A DNA stretch of 64,000 bases, from positions 1-64,000 of the forward strand of contig NW_026860085.1 in assembly GCF_026571515.1 (NCBI RefSeq). The letters run 5' to 3'. Source of the DNA: Ruditapes philippinarum (lineage: Eukaryota). Numbering within the stretch: the first letter of the stretch is position 1; each line of letters starts with the position of its first letter. The position numbers were made by a program, and so were the translations under genes. The notes beneath the pieces are model-generated. The model saw only the letters and a list, made by a program, of their open reading frames with translations. It searched no databases and was not told the origin of the DNA. This document shows, piece after piece, positions 11,656 through 22,151 of the stretch.

Positions 11656-14600
11656 ATGTCTTTTATTTTCTTAACTGTAATGCTCGCTGGTATAACTATG
11701 TGCGTGATGGTAGCATATGGTATGTACTGTTTATTTATTTTGTTTCGTGTATATAATACATTAGGATTTGTAACTATATTATAAGTAAGGCCTGTTTGTA
11801 AAGATGCAATATGTAGATTTATATGACCGGAAGAACTTTGTGAATGACAGTGCCACGATCTTTATTCATGTGTTAACTGTTATAACTGGCAAGGGACAAA
11901 CATATAAACTTTCATAGCTTTCTGCCTCATTCCTAAATACATTGTGTAAATATTGTTCATAATATCATATCATGCTAAATATTATGCTAAATTTGAATAT
12001 GTGGAATAAATATGTTTAAACCAAAGTTATATGACCAAGATATACATTTAACGACAGGTATACAATTGCTAACTATAGGTTGTCTTTACAAATAAGAAAA
12101 TGATTAATATCAAAATCACAAAAATACGTAAAGAACAAGAAAATGCTTGTCAAACGTTTCAGATTCATAGATGATAAAAATTATTCTAAGTTATTGAAAA
12201 CTTGACTAACGTAATACAGGTCTAGTTACTTAATAGTCACGAGAGTTTAAACAATGTATTGACGATTATGATAAAAAATTATGCCATGTTTTATATTTGA
12301 GCCGCGTCACGACAAAACCAACAGAGTGGGTTTGCGACCAGTATGGATCCAGACCAGCCTGCACCTCCGCGCAGTCTGATCAGGATCCATGTTGTTCGCT
12401 TGCCAACCATATTACAAGTAAAGAAACTGATAGCGAACAGCATGGATCCTGATCAGACTGCGCGGATGTGAAGGCTGGTCAGAATCCATGCTGGTCGCAA
12501 ACGCATTACGTTGGATTTGTCATGACGCGGCTCATTTGTGTGTTTAAAAGGGAAACTTTGTAAATAATGATATTTTTTATTCTGCAATAAAGTTGATTGT
12601 TACGTTGAACCAACGGAATGTTTCCAACCAAAAGTCTACCATTTTATAACAGAGAAGGAATCAAGAATGTTCATCAAGGTACACAGAGGTCGTCGATCTG
12701 TTGATTGTACTGGACATATAGGTGTCACAGTAAATTGTTACAACGAAAACAGCTGTGAATGTAATAAGGCAGCATGCTCTGTAAGTGGCGACATCAATAT
12801 AACATGTTCTGTGTTCTAAGAAAGACATAGATAAATAACATTGAAAGAATGTAAGTTTAATACTGAATTTATTGAACAAGTTGAATAATGAATTTATTGA
12901 ACAAGTTGAATAAAATTATATTTTGCGAGCCACTGGCAAGCATGATATTATTCGACTATTAAACGAGTTAAATAATTTCAGTAATGAACTCAAACGAATT
13001 CACTATTTTATTTATCACATACAAAAATATAGACCGTTTTAAGTGAAAAAGAAACATTTTTCACTGACGCGCATTTAGTGTAACGCTAATATTTAGCGAG
13101 TTTTTACGCTATGTTTATATCACGCAAATGACGTCACGTCAAATTATATGCACGGCCGTGCAATACCATTTATACGGAGTGGCAAAAAAAGGGCACGGTT
13201 ATATGATAAAAGTGCATTGATTTCGTATAATAACATAATTATTTATAGTACTATAGACTTTCCATTAATCTCTTGAAATACTGGTTTTGACAAAAAAAAT
13301 AAATAAAATCTTGTTTAAAAAATCTCAGATTTTCATTTTGAAAAGGAAATCAATTGATTTATTCTCCTTGCTGATTTTAAATACAGAAATAAACGAAAAA
13401 TAGCATTAAATTGTACATTAGATTCGGCACTTGCACAATTCACTATTTATTATTTATTCTTTAATTTTAGTGTACCATTGACATTAACTACACAAAATAT
13501 TACTTTAAAATATCGTAAACATTCATTTATATTGATTTAATTTTTATGATCATAAAATTCAGCCGTTTGTCTGATGTTAAAAAAAATCTTGTGTACCTGT
13601 GTAACGAATTTCAGTGATCAAAATTCACAGTAGTGGTTTGACTCAGAACTGCGTTGTTACATAGTCACTAGCCTCTTGTCAAGCCGGTTTTCACTCTTTT
13701 CCCGATCCTATAGATGATGAGTGATATGCTGTAACCATAGATGTGTTGTTTTATTTAAATTATAGCAAGAATCAGATCGTGAATACTATTGTCATTCCCG
13801 CCAAACACCATGTAGTTCAACACAAATATGCTATCTCAAAACACCTTGTCCTGTTCACTGGGAAACGGAATGTGGGTGTAAGTTACTCTTTCATATTATG
13901 TACGAGTATATGTTAGTGTTCATCAGTGCTGTTCTACAGGCATAAGAAACCTCGACGGGAGCGATAGCGACAGGAGAATGTTTCTAATTTCTGTAGAACA
14001 GCTAAGGATGAATACTAACATATTTAGTGTCAAACTTTATTCGGCCTCATAATCATTCACTTTATAACGTCACTATGTCGTTCAATGAAGTACTATGAAA
14101 AATAGAAGTCGACTATGAACAAAATTCGATATAGTATCGACTCCTGTTCTTCTATGATAATTAACTCATAGGATTTTTTTTAAAAATACAGCGTTTTCAT
14201 TGGATTACAAATAAAGTTGGACACTAAATTAAATTGTCTACTGTAAAATTCTAGATTATTCTGTTTAATAGATAGATATTATAAGAATCTTACACCGGCT
14301 GGTCTGTACCGGCAGCCGGTGTAAGATTCTTATATTCTAGCACGGGTGAAAACGGTAATCCTGTCTGAGATGCAAGAAAAATTTAAATTTACAATTATTA
14401 TAAAACACATTTTAATCGTATATAAGCACCTAACATTTTTTCTTTCTTTTCTTAATAATTATTGACTTACTCTTGGGTAGAAATATCTAAAATTCTTCAG
14501 AAGCTTTTAAATGTCTCTGTTATATCACGTGACTACCATCACCGCTGTAGATAGCTTCTTGTTTTATTCTATTTTAGATAATGCATGTCTGAGCAACCCA

Positions 14601-17188
14601 TGTAAGAACGATGCCACGTGTACTGATGTTGGAATCTTGTCGTATGCATGCAAGTGTAGATCCGGTTATGGTGGAAAGAATTGCGATATTGGTAAACGAT
14701 GTACCTTCTGAAACACATTCCTGTCTATTCTTTGAATCTTGACATATAAACGTATGAAATTATAAGCAAAAGATTAGAGACCGTAAGTCTGTCGGTCACG
14801 TGGCAACTGAATCAAACTATGCAATAATAGAGCAGATCAAGGTCATCCGCCACATTCATGTAGTCTGCGCTGTTTGTTATTCAGCCAGTACTTCAGTTTT
14901 TAAGTATCCCAAAATGATGAATTATGTTGTTCAGAACGAAAAAAAAGATAATTCTACTTTAGATATTTACTGTGATGTGGCGTAAACATAGTATTCATGT
15001 GCAGTAAGGGTTATTCTATTTTCAGAGTGTGGTTTATTAGATTAAACTTGAAGTTATACCCTGAGAAACAAATTGTTTTTAAAATAAATATTAAAGCCAC
15101 TATTAAATTACTTTGATAGTGGAAAAATATGTTTCCTTACATAACACACAATTATGTAGTATTTTCTTTTGGACATAAAGATATTTAAGATTTTCGTATG
15201 TTATTATATTTCGATTTTATTTTGTTATTCAGGACATGCTGAACTTTAAACGTTTTCATTCTGACGGTTTGAAATTTGTGAAGTTGGCAGCCTAGCTTCC
15301 TAAAGAAAACTAAGAATACATATAAAAAAATAAAGATCATGATATTGAATAAAAGCTTGGAATGATCTAAGAAAGTGTCCATAATACATTCCCGACCGTT
15401 TTCATGTTTGTAGTATTCTTAGTTTTCTTTAGGCTGCTAGGCTGCCAACTCCATACTGCTGGGCTGCCATCTTCACGAACATATTAATATTGTATATTTC
15501 AGACACGTATGTAGATGTTGTGTTCTTAATTGATACTTCCGAAAGTCAAAGTGAAGCTACTCTGTTTAAACAGAGACAGTACGTAAAGAATTTCATATCA
15601 AGCCTATCAATAGGACCAAATGATTTTCAAATTGCAATAGTAACATGTTCTTTACATGCGAGCGTTGAGGTATATTTGAACAGCAATTCAACTGTAGCGG
15701 AAATGACAACAATATTAGACAGTATCCAATCTGACAACGGACCAAGTTTTATAGGTGAATGTTTTATGTTTTTAAGGACGGAAATATTCACTTCTGAAAA
15801 AGATGCTAGATATTATGCACGTAAATTTGTCATTGTTTTAAGTGATGGTTTGTCAAGCAACCCGACTGACACTGTTCTACAGGCGGGCCTATTGAAGCAA
15901 ACGGGGATCGACATCTTTGCCGTTGCTACGGGAGACCAAATCAATCATAAAGAACTGTCTGATGTAGCGACACATTGGGATAAAGTGTTCTCCGTGATGA
16001 CCGATGATGTCATGCATACAATCTTTAAAACACCAATTACAGTTAATACCGCAAGTGAGTCTTATTTTGATTGTTTGTTTGTTGTTATTGCTGTTGTTGT
16101 GGCTGTGTGTGTGTGCGTGCGTTGGTGCGTGCATGCGTACGTGCATGCGTGCGTGTGTGTGTTTTTTTTGAAAATGTCCTAAAATTTTTAGAAAGTGAAA
16201 CGATTTAAGAAATAATTTACGTGTTACATGAGTTAAATGACTGATTTTGGAGTATTTGCCACCATATTAATCTGCGTGTCTAACGCAGTAAGGGTATTTT
16301 GCATATTCCGATTTATTTTTGATATTTTACGTAAATTTTCAGTGCCGTTTGCAATGTATAAATTACTTTTTTGTTTACTTGACATTTTACTTTTTCACAT
16401 TTCCAAAGTTTTCATGAGATTAAGCATGAATCTGGAGGCATGCTTCTTAAAGTCAAATATTCTTGCAGCTGCTTTGAAAGGAAACTATATATGTCTTATT
16501 GCTTAAGCACTATCTACGAGCAATGCCAGATGGTTTTGACGAGGAGACTTTTGAGACTGTCCTTAGTTCTCATATTCCATTCATCTCATGTTTTATTTCA
16601 GATTGTGATCACCGTTATAGTGATTTATCTATAATGTTTGACCGTTCAATGGATATATCACCGGTTACATTTTATGAGCAAATATCTGCTGTTGGAGATC
16701 TTCTCAAGACCATTTCACTCGGGTCAGACAATGTTCATGTCAGTTTATACCAATATTCTAACGATGTTGACGTCGTTTTCAACCTTGACGAATATTTCTT
16801 ATCTGGAGATATGGTCATAAAACTAAATGGAATAGCGCAGTCATCCGAAAACGGAAATACCACAAACGCGCTTAAATTCCTGCAACATGCTTTCGTTGTT
16901 GCAAATGGAGCCAGAACAAACGTGAGAAAAATAGCCTTACTAGTAACAAGCGGACACTTTGAAAAAGATATAATTGACGATTTGATGTCTGAAGCAAAAA
17001 CTTTAAAAGACATGGACGTTATATTGGGAATAGTTTCAGTTGGCATGAACGCTAACATTTCTGCATTATCTAACATAGCCTCAGATCCGGCCGTAGTTTA
17101 TGTTATAGGGAAAGAGTTGGACATAGATTACAGTGTTCTTTACACTTTAAATACATTACTAGAATATGACGTTTGTGAAATAAACTAA
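11656..17188 (+). CDS. secreted protein: signal peptide, propeptide (RGRR), Gla-like Cys-rich module, EGF, 2 x VWA (518 aa; matrilin/collagen-VI-like VWA)
   Basis: Exons 11656-11719 ([21 protein letters not shown]), 12653-12780, 13766-13877, 14578-14691 ([15 protein letters not shown]...[12 protein letters not shown]), 15503-16054 ([21 protein letters not shown]), 16602-17188 (VWA). All GT-AG and phase-compatible, 1557 nt, no internal stop. The EGF and VWA exons are certain; the first three exons are my reconstruction. Confidence 0.85.
12299..12533. mobile_element. 235-bp palindromic MITE (Sola-like), copy 2
   Basis: Same family as 10841-11075; ATTT on both flanks. Confidence 0.9.
13908..14023. 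repeat. foldback hairpin element (tip GC-GATA-GC)
   Basis: ATATGTTAGTGTTCATC...GATGAATACTAACATAT and GCTGTTCTACAG/CTGTAGAACAGC arms. Confidence 0.75.
14280..14334. repeat. perfect 22-bp inverted repeat with 11-nt loop
   Basis: TATAAGAATCTTACACCGGCTG (14280-14301) / CAGCCGGTGTAAGATTCTTATA (14313-14334). Confidence 0.9.
15282..15450. mobile_element. small MITE with ~40-bp TIRs
   Basis: AGTTGGCAGCCTAGCTTCCTAAAGAAAACTAAGAATAC / GTATTCTTAGTTTTCTTTAGGCTGCTAGGCTGCCAACT. Confidence 0.75.
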
Positions 17189-19293
17189 AAATAAATTCAC
17201 ATAGAATATTTATGAGAAATGCGACGGGTATTAATGGCATTTTCGTCAGGAGACTTCGATTAATAGATTTTTTATTTAAATACAAATGACTTGAGTCTCG
17301 AGAACATGGCGAATGAATCTATTCAATTTTTGACATTACAATTAGAAACATCTTCAATTCTAACATTTTTTCACTATTAGTTGGCTGGTTGGTTGATTTG
17401 GTATGTAATAAATATACATGGACAATTAAAACAACATGTTTCTATCTGAACTTATCAAACTATTATCATTATTAGTCTTATTTTGCTTTTCTTTAAATAA
17501 TTGATATATCTTATATTTATCTATTCATTTTCGATGCAAGTTGTAACACATCAGCCTTCTAAGTCAACAAACGACAATTTATTTCGCCTTATTTAGCACA
17601 TATATTTATTGTACATTGGGAAAAGACTTCAATAAGCATTAGGTTGCTTCCAGTCTAATCCTTTTCTTGTTTTGATTATAAATATAATGTATGTAAATAT
17701 GCTTATGTGAGAAAGAATAAAATATGTTTAAACCAAAACAACATGTATGGTACAAATATTTAACACATACGTGTGAATAAATGTATTTATTTACGGTGCA
17801 TACACCGTGTCTTTCCATATATGGTAATTCCTCGTGTTTTTAATGGTTATAGTTTTGGCGGTAATTATGCACGATTTTACGTGTAAGTTGATAAAATATA
17901 GTCATTCGAGGCATTACGTTCACGCCGTCCATTTGTGAAATTTCTTTAAATATAATTTTCATATATTACGAAATATCATGGATAAATTTATGGATTTAAC
18001 ATCGCCTTATACAGATTTTTGATATCTTGTTTTATCTATTTCAGATTCTTCGTCTTTGTTTTAACATGGATGTAAAAAATTTAAAAAAAAATGAAGGAAA
18101 GGGAAGATATCAATGCTATGTTTTGATTTAATCTGAAAGTAATGCATTTCATATAATTAATGGTTTTTTATTAGACTCAAAATTGGGGATATGTCAGATA
18201 GGCGATTGAAGCAGCCGCTGATCTAGAGCTTTGGAGCTTCCTACCTCCCCCTCCCAAGACGGAGTAGGGTTGGGTAGCCCGCTCGCAGCATTTCTGACTT
18301 TGGCTTTTTCCACTTATTTTATATTTGATACTACCTGCGATTGATTAAAAATAGTATTTCTTAGAAATCGAAGTTCATTAGGTTTGGTTGGTTGGCTCGG
18401 AGAGCAGAGCACGAAAATTTTAGAACTACACTTGCAGTTTTCCTTCAAGTATTGATCAATGGAGTTGTTTCTTTTGTTTCCTGTAAATTTTTTGTTAAAT
18501 AAACGGGACGGCTTAACGGCATGCCCTCTAACCTCGTTTTATGTTATGTTTTTCTTTAAAGCTGCATGCTTGAATGTAGGTGTATGTTGGAGGATAATAA
18601 ATAATTTATGCTCGTTTGAGAGCATCGAATAAGAGCATAAATAAGCCATCAGGACATCGGCACCAAGGATACCACAAAAAAAGAGAGACTATTATTTCCA
18701 GTGTGGCCAACTGTGTTGTTGGCATGACATAGAGAGCCTTAATTCAGTGCAAATAAATACTTTCAATTAAATATTATCAGTTCGATTTCAATTATTTTTA
18801 CATATTTTGACTAGACTTACAGCACATAATATCACACAATTCAAGTTAAAACAGGATAAACATACTTTAAGAAACAAATGATAAAATTACTGATATAGAA
18901 CAAAAGTGGTGATTGAGACTGAAAAAAAGTTGAAAACGGAATAATATTACATTTCCCTACATCTGCCAGTTACTAATTGACAAAATAATGATGGAAAAAA
19001 TCTGCAACGATACATTTATAACATATCTTAATCTACAATTGCATATCCTTTGCATTTTGTCAATTTTTTTCACAAAATACAATGTCATAATAATGACAAT
19101 AAGTACCATCTGTCGATTTTACGAAAATCATAAAGATAATGAGGCTACATAGATTTATGTCAATTGTTTTATGACAATGTAAGTTAATTGTTAAATAGTA
19201 AATTGTTGACCGGATATCTAATGAATGTTCGTCTGTACGACAAATTGATCAAATTTGATTTCTTGATATCTAATGGGTTTCTTCACATCATTT

Positions 19294-19528
19294 GAGCCGC
19301 ATCACGACAAAACCTACATAATGGGTTTGCGACCAGCATGGATCCAGACCAGCCTGCGCATCCGCGCAGTCTGATCAGGATCCATGCTGTTAGCTTACAA
19401 ACCCTATTACAAGTAGAGAAACTGATAGCAAACAGCATGGATCCTGATCAAACTGCGCGGATGCACAGGCTGGTCTAAATCAATGCTGGTCGCAAACCCA
19501 TTATGTTGGTTTTGTCATGGCGTGGCTC
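19294..19528. mobile_element. 235-bp palindromic MITE (Sola-like), copy 3
   Basis: Same family; flanks ATTT/ATAT. Confidence 0.9.
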
Positions 19529-19784
19529 ATATTGCGACGTTCCAAGGAAGAACTCAGGTGCCCGTCCGGGTTAACGTAGCTGTTTAATGCTAGGCAAGTG
19601 TTTTAATAACATATTAAAATACAGTACATTTTTACTGCAATTAACCATTAATTTAACTTATTAGTGAAAGGAAAAGGATATAAACAAAATAGTCACATTC
19701 ATTAAAATTATATACCCATTCATTTTCGGTAAACTCATTTTTAACCATTGATATAGTATTGATACAGTACAAATGTTTGAGTGT

Positions 19785-21130
19785 TTTAGGGGATTTACGC
19801 TGTCCCCTGGTCGACGTAGGGAGACGGGATTATACCATTTGTTTGAATGTATCCATCTTGTCATATATTTGTTATTTTTATTCTGAAAAATAATCGTCTT
19901 TTAGAGAAATACATGTTATATTCGAATAACCAACTACCTTTTGGTTGGTAGTTATGGATTCACGCGAATAACCAACTGAGTACTCTAGTCTATTTATTGT
20001 GAAAGGGGTGTAACCATGTAACCATATTATAGAAAAGACATATCTCGTTATATAACCGTAACATTTGTTTCAGAAAAATACCTTTTTTAAGAGGAATATA
20101 ATTATGCAATATCCGAATTGCCAACTACCTTCTTGTAAGTAACTGGGTACTCGAGCGAATAACCAACTCAGTCCCCTGGTGGACATAAGGAGACAAGATG
20201 TTTCAATGTTGAAGAACAGATTTGGCTTGCTGTTTATCCGTTATATATATTTCGAAAAAGTACTTTCTGGTTTGAGAGGAAAACATGCATAGTTTGAATT
20301 ACCAACCTCTGGTAGGTAGCTGGGGATTCACGCGAATAACCAACTGTGTCCCCTGGTTGACACAAGGAGACAGTTTGTTCCATGTTGGATAACAGATCTT
20401 TCTTGTTATATTTCCTTACATTTATGCCGAAAAGGTACTTTTAAGGGATAAACATGCAAAGGTCTTATTACTTACTACTTCTGGTAGTAGGGGACTCACG
20501 CGAATAACCAACTGAGTCCCCTGCCCGACGTAGGGAGACGGGATTATACCATTTGGTAGAATTAATCCATCTTGTCATATATTTGTTATTTTTATTCTGA
20601 AAAATGTCTGTTTTTAGGTAAATACATGTTATATTCGAATAACCAACTACCTTCTGGTTGGTAGCTGGGGATTCACGCGAATAACAAACTGAGTCCCCTG
20701 GTCGATTTATTGTAAAGGGGGTGTAACCATATTATAGAAAAGACATATCTCGTTATATAACCGTTTATTTCAGGAAAATACTTCAGAGGAATATAATTAT
20801 ACAATATCCGAATTACCAACAACCCTCTAGTAACCGTCTGAGTCCCATGGAGGACATAGGAAGTTGAAAAAAACAGTTTATTGCTATATACCCGTCACAT
20901 TTATTCCGGAAAAGTACTTTCTGTTTTCAGAGGAAAACATGCTCACTTCGAATTACCAACTAGGTCCCCTTCTTTATGCTATGTTTAAAAAATGTATGAT
21001 GTGTTCAAATATTTCATGCTAGTGATAATGTATTGAGTTACCAACTATCAGCTGTTAAATGGTTGGGAATGACGAATAACCAACTACCAGCTAGTAGGTA
21101 GTTTATAATTCGAATACCCAACTATCAACT
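19785..21130. repeat. degenerate ~180-bp tandem repeat with ~715-bp higher-order duplication
   Basis: GGGATTCACGCGAATAACCAACTGAGTCCCCTGG recurs about every 180 bp. CGACGTAGGGAGACGGGATTATACCATTT occurs at 19811 and 20526. Confidence 0.8.
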
Positions 21131-21265
21131 TCCTACAATACGTCAGCGTCAGCTCATATATGAGGTAGAAAATACCTCAAAACGAGCGCTTTGACAGAAG
21201 TTATCATACATTTCATTACTTTTACCATATGACATTGTATTTAGCCACCGACTACACATTATTAT

Positions 21266-21627
21266 CAGGGGCGTAGCCAGCTTTTTTTAACTTGAAGGCC
21301 CATGAAAGGGGGTCTGGGGGCTAAGCCCCCAGAAGCCAAAAACAAGTTCAGATTAAAAAGAGCAAATTGCGCTTCTAAAGTATTTTCATGGAAAATTATC
21401 AAAACAATAATTTTAAACTATGAATTTGATTAGATGCCAACTTTATTGAGGACGGTAAATCATGCATCAGCATTAAAAACACTTTAATAGACCATACAGC
21501 TTGAACACACTACCAATTTCACCCACGCCTTTTTTTTTAATTGTATTTTTGGGACTTTTGAAAATGTCGATTTCTTGACCAACTTGTAGGCCAGGACCTA
21601 CATTGCCTAATAGTAGCTACGCCACTG
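21266..21627. mobile_element. hAT-type MITE (CAGGGGCGTAGC...GCTACGCCACTG) with 5-bp ATTAT duplication
   Basis: Terminal inverted repeats; ATTAT directly flanks both ends. Confidence 0.75.
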
Positions 21628-22151
21628 ATTATACACGTTTAGAAGTGTACACTTTTGGCTGTACAATTCACTACTACACATTCATTTTGAAGTACGGCTT
21701 TTTTATTTGTTATATGATTTATGATTTCTAAATTCAATCCATCCGCCGTCGAGGAACATAAATTCAATTTTCAGGATCAATGATTCCATTTCGGAAAAAG
21801 GGGAACCTACTGGATGCAATTAAAACAAGTACATGTTACAATTACAAAGTTTGGTTTCAATTATACCAGATAACCAATGCGGACAAGATTTTAAAGCTTG
21901 TCTGTGTTTTTTGGTTGTAGTTTTTTTTTTCTTTTTTTTCCAGACTAGACTTTTACCATCAATGATAGACACAAATACACAAAATGTGTCGTTATTGTAA
22001 ATAAAAACAAGATTGTTATGTTTTCATGAGAGTATTTATTACAACTTTTGTTTGGATGTCAAATAGTAAGTTAATTAGCTTTTTTTAAATTTGTTTGTTC
22101 TCATTGATATCTAAATGGTCACTCCCATATAATCTTCCTGATGACTGTGCT

